A program made the position numbers and the translations under genes. A stretch of DNA of 64,000 nucleotides from Callorhinchus milii (taxonomy: Eukaryota): assembly GCF_018977255.1 (NCBI RefSeq), contig NW_024704758.1:4402001-4466000 (forward strand). The letters run 5' to 3'. A model generated the notes under the pieces. It was not told the DNA's origin. It saw only the letters and a list, made by a program, of their open reading frames with translations, and searched no databases. Shown piece by piece: positions 12,879-26,235 of the stretch; position 1 is the first letter of the stretch; each line of letters begins with the position of its first letter.

Positions 12879-13629
12879 GCCCTGCGCCACAACTCTTCTA
12901 GACATGCATTTCTTGTCATCAAGTAAGCAAGACTGGTCACACCATTCCTGATGTTATTACTGGTAAGCATAAGTTTATAAATGCTTAGAACTATTAGCTA
13001 AAAGCAGATTAGCTGGGCAGAAATTCAAGCTCATGTAATGATCTTGAAGTTAAGATCGGGCATTTTGACAACTCAAGATCTCCTTCTCTTTAAGATTTTA
13101 ACTCCCTTACTGAGATGGACCTAGTTACTGCCTCAGTTGTTTTGTACTTTGACTTAGGTCGTCCTCCCGACGTGAAAGGCGCTCTATAAATGGAATCTTG
13201 TTGTTGTTGTTGTTAGGTCTCAAACAGGTCTCTGTGTGTCTACACTGCAGATTTATTATAATAATAATCTTTCATTAAGGTGCAGAAATGGGAGTGGGGG
13301 GGTTTACTTTACTCATGTAAAGTCTCATTACAAAGACTTTGCATGAAAACTGAGTGATTGTTTAGCCATCATTTTTATGTTGGTTATTTATGTGTGCCTG
13401 TATATTAGGTCCTTTTATTTTCAAATTAGATTTCCACTATAGTTAAAAGAAACTTGTCAATAAGGAATTAGAAGGTGTCTCGTCTACAGATGTTATCAAA
13501 TCAGTGATTCTGTTAACATTTCCATTATTGTCTAATTAAAATGTCCGGGTTTACCCTTAAATCTGCGGTTTACTGCAGTGCCAGAGTCTACTCACTGCGT
13601 GGCAATCTATGAGCAACTGCCGTCTCCAA

Positions 13630-14155
13630 CGTGTCCACAGGCTGCAGATAATCCAGAACTCTGCAGCCCGTGTCCTCTCCTGCACCAAACTCCATGACCT
13701 CATCTCCCCCATTCTCGCCCGACTCAATTGGCTCCCTATCCTTCAGAGGATCCACTTCAAAATCCTAGTCCTCACCTACAAAGCCCTCCATGGCCTCTCC
13801 CCACCCTACCTCTGCGACCTCCTAACCCCCTACCAACCCGTCCGCTCCCTCGCTCAGCCGGCTCTGGCCTGCTCCATGTCCCCTGACCCGCCCCACCATT
13901 AAGGGAGAGCCTTCAGCCACTCTGCCTCCAACCTCTGGAATTCCATCCCCTAATTGCTCCGCCTCGCCCCCTCCTTAGCCTCCTTCAAGTCCCACCTCAA
14001 GACCCTCCTCTTCGACCATGCCATCAGCCACTCCCCTTCCCCTCCCTTCTCCCCCCCTGACCCCAGGTCGGGTCTGAAATGCTGTACACTGTCCAGCGCC
14101 TTGGGACGTCCTCCCGACGTGAAAGGCGCTATACAAGTGTAATCTTGTTGTTATT
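13630..14155 (+). mobile_element. Relatively young L2-type LINE 3' end with intact tail stem-loop
   Basis: LQIIQNSAARVLSCTKLHDLISPILARLNWLPILQRIHFKILVLTYKALHGLSPPYL, then gcgccttgggacgtcctcccgacgtgaaaggcgc and a TTG-rich tail. Confidence 0.9.
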
Positions 14156-15047
14156 GATTGGGCAGGGGCGGGCAATGTTGCAGAGGTGATGGAAAGTCCA
14201 GCGAATAACAATGTAGATTTTGAAGGACAGTTGGACTGAAAACATACCAATATAGGTGCCTATGTTCACCTCTCCTCTCTCCCTGGCTCGGCATCAAGCT
14301 CTGCTACTGTTGAGTGCTCTGAGACTCTACTCCAGGTGAAGGGTGCAATATAAATGCAACTTGTTGTTTGTTTATTGGTTAATGACCAGGAGCAGTAATA
14401 CTGCCTCTTTTTTTACTCCCTCCTCCTTCTAAGGACACTGGGGCTAATTGTAGCACCTCTTCTGCTGCCCTGGTTGAGATGATTTAACTCAGGAAGGCCT
14501 TGCGATGTGTCTGCACTGTTGCTCAGTTTCTCAGTGGACGGTTATGGTATTCTGTTTGTGGGCTGCCACGTCAATTAGAATCCAGTCCACGCTCCGTTCC
14601 AGTTTTTAACCATTCCAATTTTTTNGAAACACGGAACTGAGAAGTAGTGTGAGAGCCAGAGCCTTTCAATCAGGCCAGCAGCATCTCCCTGGCACTGAAT
14701 CAGCCTAGTGTGTCACAGAGTTCTTTGTTGCAGCTCTTTACGACTGTTAATGTGTCCCATTACCACGTGCTTTAGTCTGGTGTCATTGAGCATTCGGGAT
14801 GGTAGATTGCTTTGAAGAGGGTCACTGTTATGGAGCGGTGCAAAGTGGATTTGTATTGTAGATTGTCCACGCTGGGAGTTTTGATCTTGGATGTTTTGTT
14901 GCGGTGGGAGGGGAGGATGGGGGAAGAGGGAAAGAGAGGAAATGGTGTGGAGGCTAGAAATTCCATTGCCGAGGAGAGAGAAATCAGATTGCAGGTCAGA
15001 TTGCATACACACAAACACACGTTCCTTCCTCCTGTGTTGATCTGGCA

Positions 15048-15361
15048 TAATAATAATAATAATAATCCTTGCATTTGATATAGCACTTTTCACGTCTTCT
15101 AGACATCTCAAAGCGCTTCACAGAATATACTGTAAAGTGAATTGACTGTATATTTGTGGGTGAAATGCGCAGCCAACTGCGCACAGCAATGTCCCACAAA
15201 CAGTCGTGGATTGAAAATGACCAATTTATTATTGTTTTGTTTTTTGGAGGAATTACTATCAGGTGTGTGGAGTAAGGAAACTTGCCCAAGGTTTCACCCT
15301 GTCTGGAATTGAACTGAACTGGTTGCAAAGGAGTGCTCTAACCATTGAGCTACAGGACTCC
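15048..15361 (-). mobile_element. Full-length Deu-domain tRNA SINE (older subfamily, TAGAA loop)
   Basis: Reverse complement of the 8154 family, with an altered head and tail loop TAGAA. Confidence 0.9.
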
Positions 15362-16099
15362 AACTATACAGAGAACCAGTGCCAGAAATCAAATACTCAA
15401 CTGGACGCAACCTTGTGCTGGGAGATAGGAGAAAGTAACCTACGTAAGAGGGGTCATGTTTAAACCATTTCAAAGGGATTTGCATTTTTTTCCCCTTTAA
15501 AAATCAGGAATGGCAATCTTTTTGCATTCCAATATGAAGCATGTTTTTTTTACTTTTTGGTTGTCGAGTCTGTTGTGAGCCAATTTGCTGTGAATTCAAT
15601 ACAAGCTGAAGCTATTTTTACATCTATTCAATAATTGAACGTGGCTATAAGCAGCACTGCAGACATTGGTTGCTCTCTGTTTTTAATGTCTTTCAAAACC
15701 GTTAGATAATTTGGAAAGAGTGTCTCCCTAGGAAAGATATACTGGTAGCAGGGAAGGTGGAACATGTTTAGAGATTAATTGCGTCAATAGAGATTTTGAA
15801 GTTCTAGTTTTGCAGCCTAGAAAGGCCAATGGCAATAATGCTCTGCCTTTGAACTGATATTGCAATAAGGATTCTGTTTTGTCTTACTTATTTATTTACA
15901 GTATGTTAGTAGTGCTGTTAGCAACATGATGGTGCTGTGCTTCTGTACACGCGAAAGGAATAGGTGGTGTAGATTGTAGAGACAATGGCAGAAATGTGGC
16001 CGTGGTTGTCTCTTATCTTATTTAGTGGTGCAATCGCAATCACTATCGTAAATTTAATTTAAATATATTGTGTAAATATTGCTAATATATATGGAGCAT

Positions 16100-16812
16100 G
16101 TGCAGAACCTCGGTGTCTTGTTCAACCATCGACTGTTCTCTAAAACGTCACGTCTGTGCTCTGACCTGCTGAGCTTTCACTCACCTCTGAAACATTGCTG
16201 GCCTCTGCCACTCCCTCCACTCTCAGCCACCGAGACTCTAATCACGTTCAGGCTTCTGTTTGCCGGACAACCCGACTCATCCCTTCACAAGCTATAGACT
16301 ATCCAGAACTCTGCAGCTCATGTCCTTTTTTTTGCACTCGGCGCCAAGGACCTATCCCGGTCACCTGGCTCCCCATCCCCCAGGATTAAGTTCAAGATCC
16401 TTGAGCTAACCTTTAAATTCCTCTGTGGTTGTGCCCCATCCGACCTCTGGTTCCACCTCAAATCTTACCAACCTGACCTTTACCCCTTCTTTGTGGGCAC
16501 CTGCCTGCTTCACATTCCCCTCACCACCCTCACCTCCAACAGTGGTTGGACTTTCAGCCTATCTGCCCTAGTTCTCTGGAATTGTATCCTGGAGTCGCTT
16601 TAACTCGCCCATTTCCTTCAAGGTCCGTCGCAAGAATATCCTCTTTGGCCTTGCATTCGGTCATCTTTCCCCCTCACCACTACCCTGACCCACCCCCTCG
16701 GCCCTCACCCCAGCCTGGGTGCAAACCTTGGATTGTACAGCGCCTTGGGACATCCTCCCAACATGAAAGATATATATATATAAATATATATATAAATGTA
16801 AATTTGTTGTTG
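16100..16812 (+). mobile_element. L2-type LINE 3' remnant
   Basis: cagaacctcggtgtcttgttc...cagaactctgcagct...ctggctccccatccc...gcgccttgggacatcctcccaacatgaaag...ttgttgttg. Confidence 0.8.
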
Positions 16813-18898
16813 TTCCGGGTAATTGTGGAGATTGTTGCCCGACATTGACCGTTCAGAGCTGCCCTACAGTATAGCCCAGCCGTAGCCTCCCTCAAAGGTT
16901 CAGCACACGTGAGATTGCACACACATTCACCAACTTCTTCGAATGAGGTTGACAATTGAGCCCTGAAATAACGGAAGTTGTGGTTTACCCACCCACTGTT
17001 TAGGAACTAGGCTGAGAATGTGCATACTTATTTCACTTAACTTTCGTTTACTGGCCTTCAGTTGAGGCACATCATTTCTGCTGCCAGAGTAGAGTATTTT
17101 TGCCATTATTTTAAAGACTGTAGAAAAACAGCTTCCAAATTTAAATTGAATTTAAGATTTTTCCAAATTCTACACAATCTTACATGTTAAGACAATGGTC
17201 TTAAGTTAAGGTCATTAGGTATTTCAGGCTACTGGTGTCTAACATCAGAATGAGGACCACTTTGTTCTTTAAAAGAAACGCTTATGTTCCAACCTCTTCA
17301 ATTCACAAATCATGTCTTTGCCTTTCAAGGACATTGCTGTTGTGATGGGGCAGAATTAATATTAATCCAAGATAAAACTGAAGGGTGGACTGGTTATATC
17401 ATTCCTTTCCAGATGTGCAGGGCAAGTTGGAAGAGGGGAAAGTTACTATCCCTGTGTTCTAGTAACTTGTTTTTTGCCCACAAAATATACAGTCAATTCA
17501 CTTTACAGTGTATTCTGTGAAGCACTATGAGACGTCTTGAAGACGTAATAAGGCGCTATATCAAATGCAAGGATTATTATTTATTGTGCATTTACCATCA
17601 CAGATTAGAGTAAGAAACGTTCAAAATTCACGGCATTAAAGTAACAATATTGTCCTGCGGATTTTGTAAAAAGTGTGTTATTGCTGTGAAACATTGATTT
17701 AAGTATTGGAGGTAATCACTTGTGGGCCTTGTCATTAAACATAACGATTGATTTGTGTTCAGTACAGAAAATGTCATCTTGTTTGAGTAAATTTATTATA
17801 CACTTCTGTTTCTTGTCCTCCCCAGCCAAATTTAATTTTAATTTCAATTTCATCTGCTTCTTAAAACAGACTAAGAATGGGGTGGGGGGTAGTGTTCTAC
17901 CTAACATAATGGTGCAGGTACATAATTATTTTCTTTTTTTTAAAAAGAAAAAAGGACATTTTAAAGACTCAACTTGAAAAGACTTTTCTGCCTTCATGCT
18001 GCCTGGCTTTTTGAGCTAAAATGGCTGACATTTTTAGGTCATTGCTGCTTCTCTTCCCACTTTGCTGCACATACTAAAGCAGGAAGCGACTTTGGTGGCA
18101 ACCTAATAACCCCAAACATTAGCCCCTTTCTTGCATAAAAAAAAGTCATGGGTTTATTTTCCACTTTGCACATGCGTAGAAAACAAGATGTGACCTGTCG
18201 ATCCAGATTGGTGGAACGAGCTTGGTGGGCTGCACCTATTCTTGTTTTCTTATGTTTTTGTGGTTCTCAACATAAATTGATGAATAACTAGATTAAACTT
18301 GTTCTGATACTTCCTTGTTTCAAATCCCTTTCCAACTCCCCTTTCTCAACATATGTTAATATTCACTAATCAATAAGGTCATCTTGTAAAGTCCCCACGT
18401 CCCTGCAGAACCTAATCACTGTACATCGCTGCTCTACTTCACATTTAAATTGAATCCATATTTTATAAATGCTGAAGGGCTTTGGAAGTTTTGTATCTAG
18501 GTTAGATAAAACATTGCTTGCTGCTTGCAAGACATCAGAGAAAGACTGCACTGGGTTTCTAAAATGTAAATCGCATTGCAAATTGTCTTCAAGATCCAAA
18601 ATGGTGACTGTAGCCGATTCACAAATTACAATTCAATATTATGGGAGTTAAATAATACGCACAATACAGGAAAATTAAGTTAAATGCCTTTTAAATGATG
18701 AGCAGTGCATAGCTGAGTCCCTGACGGGAGTGGCATTTGGTGAGCGGGTTATTTGAGTGCCACATTACGTGAAATCCGGGAAAGGTGGCGCAGTCTGCAA
18801 CGTATTTTCTTTAAATGTTATGCGGTTTTACAATGAAGGTGCATTAGCAGAACTGAAGAAGAACACATGTGAGACAATAGCCCGAGGAGGAATCCTAC

Positions 18899-19224
18899 AA
18901 AATAATAATAATAATAATCCTTGCACTTGGTATAGCGCTTTTCACGTCGGGAGGACGTCCCAAAGTGCTTCACAGAACACACTGTAAAGTGAATTGACTG
19001 TATATTTGTGGGCGAACGCGGCAGCCAATTGCATACAGCAATGTCCCACAAACAATCGTAGATTGAAAATGACCAATTTATTATTGTTTTGTTTTTTGGA
19101 GGGATTATTATTAGGCTCTGTGTGGAGTAAGGAAACTTGCCCAAGGTTTCGCCCTCTGCCTGGAATTGAACTCAGGTCTCTCACTTGCAAAGCGAGTGCT
19201 CTAACCACTGAGCTACAGGACTCC
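18899..19224 (-). mobile_element. Young full-length Deu-domain tRNA SINE
   Basis: Near-identical reverse complement of the 8154 and 39960 copies, with (AAT)n at the left end. Confidence 0.92.
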
Positions 19225-19859
19225 ACATTGCAGCATTATCTATAAAATTTACAGTAAATCCTGTCTAGTGCTTGAAATGTCCTCCTGACATGAAAGACAC
19301 TATATCAATTCGAACGATTACTTATATTACTTTGTGATGACTTCAGGTTGTAACATCATCTCAGAGATCAAGTAGTTCAGAATCTCTTGGATTTCAGTAT
19401 CATCTGAGCTTGTTAGTTATGTTGTGGCTCAATACCAACCTCCCATTTTGAATGTCCAGCTCCAGCAGCTGCATGTACTTTAGCTCCTCAGTAGACTCTG
19501 AATTTCTTCCATTCAAAATGTTTTCCATGCGGTTTCTTTTGCATTCAATCGATTGAATTCAAACTATGATAATTAATATGTACCTGCAGTGTCTGCTATC
19601 ATGGCATTCCTATTCGCACCATTGTATTATCAGTTTGAAACAAGCACTGTAAAGTGTTTAAAAAGCCACGTTATCCTGGCAGAAAGAGTACTTTAATTAT
19701 TCCCCTTAGATTCACTGTTCCAATCACTGCTTGGCAAATGAGGGGAAATTGTAAATATTGTTTTTGGAGAGCACTTCGACCTGTTCCAGTGATAGCACTT
19801 CATTTCTCATCAAACTAGTTGAGGTTAAGTGGTATAAGTTCAATGGCACTGTTGGCATA

Positions 19860-20045
19860 TATAATAATAATAATAATCCTTGCCTTTGATATAGCACTTT
19901 TCACGTCTTCTAGACGTCTCAAAGCGCTTCACAGAATATACTGTAAAATGAATTGACTGTATATTTGTGGGTGAAATGCAGCAGCCAATTGCGCACAGCA
20001 GTGTCCCACAAACAGTCGTGGATTGACGTGACGAATTTATTATTT
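19860..20045 (-). mobile_element. 5'-truncated Deu SINE (TAGAA-loop subfamily)
   Basis: (AAT)n-ccttg...tcacgtcttctagacgtctcaaagcgct...gtcccacaaacag. Confidence 0.85.
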
Positions 20046-21629
20046 TTTTCTTGATATATTTGGAGAATGCTCATCGACTTCGGGGATGTGTTGATACTTC
20101 AGGTTTGTTGTACAATAGTGCGAAGATCACAGGTATCTAAACAAGCTAATTAGCTTCCTAGGGCTCTGTTTTTGCTGCTGATCTGCTCACCATTGTGACG
20201 GAGTTTCTCTCTGATTGCACAAAGTACATTTCTGAAACTGCTTGATAGAAGACCCTGGTTTGTTTGCAGTAACACTTCTGCGTGATTAAATGTACCCCGA
20301 TGCTTTTTATTGTTACCGTATCCAGATAATTAGTTAGGCAGCAGTATCAGGAGCGAAGAGGTAATAAGCTCTTGATTCTATTTGGAAAATAACAACAACA
20401 GCAACTTGCACTTATATAGCGCCCTCCACGCAAGGTAGTATCTCAGAGTGCTTAACAGTGCCTGACTCCGAGCCACCTTAGCACTGTAGAAGGGAATGTT
20501 CTCCAAAAAAAACCCATGTGGAAATATCAGGGCGTGTACTCCTGTGACATGTTTATCTCACTTGGGAGCAGTTCCTCAGTTCTGAGAATGTAGTTGTGAG
20601 GTTCCCTCTTGACAGATGTTTCTATAGTGAAGAAATACATTTAATAGAGTTGGAGGGTACACAGTCATATTTCCTCTCATCATCAACTCCATAACCGCAT
20701 TCATTTCCACATTGATTTTCTTTTGAAACTCAATTACAGAATATTCCCACCCTCAGGTTTAAAGAGCTTTTAAAAAATCAGGAAATTATTACCACTGCAC
20801 TCCTGATAATTCTGCCTCTGAGCATTGCTGCAGCCCAGTTTAAAAATAAGTCTAGATTTGACATATATTTGAGCGTGCGGACTGTAATTTAGAGATGAAG
20901 GATGAGAGTTTACTGGACCATTCAGCTGAAAGTCTGTAGCTGTTATGAACAGTGTTGTAGCACCTTCTATTAAGTTCCTTAAATCCGACGTATTTCTATG
21001 TTAAAGGAAGTTGGTGTTTGAAAACCTCTTTGCAGCATATTGACACAAGTAAATTGAAAACATGAAACAAAGAGGTGTGAAACCTTTGAAAGAAAATAGA
21101 GTATGAACAGTGGCAAGAAAATGCGGAAGGTTGTCAGTACCCGCGGAAGAAACTGTCCCAGTGGTTCCCTGGCCTTTTCTCATTCTGTGCCTCATGAGTG
21201 TAAAACTCCCTTCATACATTTCCAAAAAGTTTGCATTAACTGCCATTTAGTTGCTTTCACATATCGTGAGCCTATGGGCTAAATCTGAATAATTATCATA
21301 CAAAACTACGATTTCAAAATGCTCAGTACTGAAGACCTCAGTACTTTTGTGTTACCGTAAAACGGATTAAAATAAAATTAAAACAGTCTGCTTTTTATTT
21401 ACTCTGAATTCCAGCCGGAATTTCACCATAAATAATATGAGGCAAAATGCTCTTACGTGTGTTCAAATAACAGCCTTCTGCTGGAAATTGTGTTGGAAAC
21501 GCATCTCTTAGGCAAGAAGAGATATTTGATTCAGCAATCAGCACTGGTTTGTTTCTAAAGTCAAAGATTACCCATCCACATCGAAGTGTGGTGCCAAATA
21601 GGGAAAACGTACCAAAGCATGACATTTGT

Positions 21630-22070
21630 GTGTCAGCTTGACTCAGTTGGTAGCGCTCTCGTCTCTGAGTCAGAAGGTCATGAGTTCAGGCCCCACATCA
21701 GGACTTGGAACTCGTAGTCTAAGCTGACACTCCAGTGCTTTCCTCGGAAAAATGGCTCCTGCAATTGCCCACAACACACATAGTCATTACACTTTACACT
21801 TTATTCTCTGTAGCGCTTTCCTGACTCTATACTGAATGTAATAATCCTATAACAATCATTGCATTTTGGTATAACCCTTTTCATTTCCAAAGCCATGGGA
21901 ATAGTGCCATGGGATGTTTAACGTCCACCTGAATAGGCAGAAGGGCCTTGGTTTAATGTCTCATCCAAAGGACCGCCACCTCCGACAATGCAACACACCC
22001 CAGCACTGCGTTGGAGTGTCAGTTTAGAACACGTGAGTTAAGTCTCGATGTAAGGCTCGAACCCACAACA
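21630..22070. mobile_element. Two adjacent, oppositely oriented SacSINE1-like fragments (+ ~21630-21850; - ~21890-22070)
   Basis: The + copy has gactcagttggtagcgctctcgtctctgagtcagaagg...gctgacactccagtgc. The - copy has gccatgggatgtttaacgtccacctg...ggagtgtcag. Confidence 0.7.
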
Positions 22071-24499
22071 GGCCACTTAAATTCTTGTTTACAGGTTCTG
22101 TAGTTACTGTTGGTATATTTTGAGTCAATAAAACATTTGTTGGTCTCTGACCAGTTGAACTTCCTGTGATCTTGTGTGTATGAAGTGGAACAAATTATTT
22201 CCACATAAACTACATTGGAGATACTGTTATTTTTATTTTTTTGTTTACGTTGACAATAGCTGACTGAACCTCTGGTCTAATGATTCTGAGGCTTTGGTTT
22301 TAAGCCTTGATACCATCGTTTGCATTTTTTGGGATACGGACCACAATAGCAGAGAAACGAGAAACCAGGAAGGGTGTAGGCTGTTCTGAAATGGAGTGTC
22401 TGGGATTACAGATTGTGAAACGACTGATCGGTAATGAGGCTGACGTAAGAGAGTGAGGACAGACTTTTCAGAAAAGGAGAAGCTGGAACAACACAGTGAG
22501 GACAGGTGGCTGTATAAAGGAGGAGCTGGTATTAGAGAGTGGGGAAAAGCTTTTCTGTAATGAAGTTGCTGGTATCGCACAGCGATGAGGACTGACCATG
22601 GTAATGGTTCATTTAATCAAATACAGACATTTGCAGGGTGCTAATTGATTCTCCATTCTACATAATTTGCTTAATTAGAACAGTTCGATAAAAGAAATGT
22701 TTTGTTGCTGTTGAGAGATTTCGGCCGTAGAGCAATTATGTTATGGTGCACAGATATGTTGTGCTCTGGTGTTTATTGTCTTTGAATTAATGATTTTTGA
22801 GGGAACCTCTTGACACAACAGTAGCAAGGAATGGATCGTGAGCGGTGAGCCCAGCCAAACCTAGGGTTACGGATTCATCGTGAAAATGAAATGTTACTAG
22901 CTTATACTTTGCTTTAACTCCACATTACTCTCCTCTGAGATTTCAATATGTGCTGAAATTGTTTTATGTCTACAAAGCCACTGCAGTATACAGTATATCC
23001 AGTGAAGCACATTGGGAGTTCCTGCCGACTTGATGGTGCTACACCAAATGTAGTAATAATAATAATACTTGAATTTGATATAGCGCTTTTCACGTCTTCT
23101 AGACGTCTCAAAGCGCTTCACAGGATATGCTGTAAAGTGAATTGACTGTATATTTGTAAACATTATTATTATTATAACTCTGCTTCAATCGCTCCACCTT
23201 GCCCCCTCTCTACCCATCTTTAAATCGCACTGGAAGACGTTCCACTTCGTCCGTCCCTATAGTCACCTCCCCTTTCTCCCCAGCTTGACGTCAGACTCCA
23301 CCTTTGTTCAGCGCTCTGAGACGCTACCCTGCATGAAGGTGATGTATAAATTGGGATGTTGTTCATTTGGTTTGGCAGAGTTTTGAATCCTGTGCCAACT
23401 CCTATTAATTCTCAGTGACTTCCATTAAAACCTTTTTTTCCCTAACTGCTTGTGCTGTAACTGGTGAGTTACTTGCATTAATTCATCCTAGACGTTACCC
23501 ATGTTCTCTTTTAAGTTTATTAACCCCAACTTTCTTGTAATGGAAGTGTGAGATGGCTGCAGCAGCATGTTTAACTTGGTGACTTTTCAACACCAGTAAA
23601 TGACACTGAGCTCCTCTCCCCACCCCCCCATCTTTCCAGGGACAGACAGCCCTTCAAAACCTCAAGTGAGGACTGGATAATTGGTGACTGAAAACGCAGA
23701 CAATGATGCTGTTCATAACCAATTATATCCTTTCTGAATGGGCTTCCTGTGTCGGAATCTATGGTGAAGTGCTCTGGATCAATACAGCTCTCAAAATTAA
23801 AATAATAAATTCTGCCTAACGTAAAAGTCTAATGCATCAATCAGCTTTAATAAATAATTTGCCAAAGGTTTTATGACTTATTCCTTTTTTTATAACTATC
23901 CGGTTGATCAGTGATCCATTTGTAGCAGGTTGCAGCAGAAGGAGACCCAAATTTCTCTCACTCTTTGAATTTTCCTGACGTCATTTCCTTCCCAAGGTCA
24001 TAGCCTTGTCTGTTACCCAGTTTGAACAGCTTCCCGAAGAAAAAAATGCCATTACTCTTTGGACATCGCCAGTGTTTCAGCCAGGACTGGCTGCGCTTTG
24101 AATGAGAGAAACGTGAAGTGGACCCTGAAACATTTGCATTTAATTGTTTTCCATTATTGGATTTGAGACTCACTGTTGGATGTGGATTGTTGGATTGAAT
24201 GAGGTCACGCTGGGGCTGCTGTTTTGGTGACCACAAGGTTTGGGATTGTGGATTGAATGTAATCAATGTTAAGAAACATCCAGACAGTGAATCAGGCACT
24301 GAGTAATCATTTTACTGATTTAAGGTAACGTATGTCCTTCCCTGCTCACTAAGTATATGTGCAGTTGTCTATTAGTAGATCTGGGTATAACAGGAAAAGA
24401 GAAAGCGTTCTGGCTTTTGATACTCACTGTTCTTATATTCATGTGCTGCAAGTTGATGGCTGGTGAAAGAGATTAGGATGGGAATGACCAATACGGTGA

Positions 24500-24974
24500 T
24501 GTAATAATCTAAGGTTTATTAAGTAATACAATAGCTTAACCTATTTTTAAAACTGAGAGCATAGATATAGTAAAATCAATATCAATTCCACTGGGAAGTC
24601 CCTCTACACAACTCCCAACTATTTCAAAGTTACATATTTCTTTTATGTGTTTCTAACTCCACCTCTCCTGGTCACAGAGATAGCCCCCACCCTTCGCAGG
24701 CTGCTTTGCAGAGAGAGAGATATGGACAACTTCTAGGCAGCCTTCCACAGCCTGCTTGCTTTTCAGCCTTGAGATAGGCAGGTGTCTGAGGCTGCAGCCT
24801 TTTAATCAGAAGCTGACCTCAACCGGTCCAGCAAGCTACTTTTAACCCGTGCTAAGCTCCTCATTAAATCAAACAAACCTTATTGAAGGATTATGGGCAG
24901 GTTACATTCTAAAGGTATGTAAAGATTCATTAAACACCTTAAAAAACATTAAACATCACAAATATAATCTTACA
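24500..24974 (-). mobile_element. Candidate solo LTR (475 bp)
   Basis: TGTAA...TTACA inverted termini and an AATAAA on the minus strand close to its 3' end. The flanks (gtga / gtag) are not a clean TSD. Confidence 0.45.
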
Positions 24975-25829
24975 GTAGTTTGCTATTGAACCGGTATTAT
25001 AAGAAGCTTCAATTATTTACTCCAACCCTCAGTTTTCTTGCCTTTTACCCCTCATTTGAAGTGTTCGGGGGTAAAATTCCATAAGTACACAGACCCCCTA
25101 GTATATAATAGTAATCCTTGCATTTGATATAGTGCATTTTATGTCTTCTCGACGTCTCAAAGTGCTTCACAGAATAGACTGTAAAGTGAATTGACCGTAT
25201 ATTTGTGTGCAAAACGCGGCAGGTAATTGTATCTTAACCATTTTCACGTGAAATGCCGGTGTCAGCTGGCTACGTGACCAATAAAAGCATCACAGTCAAG
25301 CCCGATTGTATCAATGTTCACACTTGCACACTTCCTATCTGGCAATCACCTGTTTGAGTTTATTTCCCTCTCATTGTCTCGGGGATGCTGAACCCAACTT
25401 TAGTAACTTGGTAACCTGGGACCTATGGCTCAGTATCACACTTGGCAGTGAACGTACCCATTTAACCAGTGCTGCTAATTAATTTCTGAATAATTTAAAA
25501 TTCATACTGATTTTTTTNCTTGAGGACAGGTGTGCTAAATAAGATTTTGATGCTAGTTATCTGTCTGATCACTCCAATTAACAGGATTGAGCTATGTAAA
25601 GTTGTAGCTGTACCGTAATTAAAAGGGCTAAATTACTCCTTATGTATTGAGTATACATTATGTTTTGCATGACAATGTTTATTAGGTATTACTTGTATCC
25701 CTGTAATTCGCGGTGAGTGTTACACATGACAGTGACGACTGTTGAAACACTCCAGTGTAGTTAATAATGGAATATTTTCATGCAGTGTTGCAAAATTAAA
25801 TAAGTTCTCACTGCAGAAATATTTCCATG

Positions 25830-26235
25830 GTTCCCAGTGTCCATCTCCAGTTGGTGATGCTTTTCGGCCATCATATGTAATGCTATGTATCTCCCAGTGG
25901 TGATGCTTTGTGATGCTTTGTAATGCACTGTGCCCCACAGTGATGACACTTTGTGTTGTTGTGTGTTGTACAATGTGCAATTCTCTGCGTCCCCATTGCT
26001 GTTCCCCCTGTGTTGCAAAGATTGCATGTGTTGCATCTTCCGTTAGTGAAATCTCTTGTCTTGAAATGTACACACGTGATGTATCGTGTACACTGATGAT
26101 GATGTTTTTGTCTTGTATTATGTAAGACCTTCCATTTTCCAACGGTGATCTTGTTTTACAATGATACCGTCTCTCAGTGGTAATGTTTGTGTGTTCCAGT
26201 ATTTACACGCACTGTGTCTCACAATAATGATACAA
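25830..26235. repeat. Degenerate TG-rich tandem array (recurring cccagtggtgatg-like motif)
   Basis: Repeated ctccagttggtgatg / ctcccagtggtgatg / cccacagtgatgac / ctctcagtggtaatg. Confidence 0.5.

Noticed and set aside
18775-18795. CTCF-like motif ggaaaggtggcgc
   Set aside because: It lacks the 5' CC of the core, so the match is too weak to support.
23286-23293. Second perfect CRE (TGACGTCA)
   Set aside because: It lies within a decayed L2 3' end (cf. ggctcggcgtcaa at ~31092), so it is likely a chance derivative.
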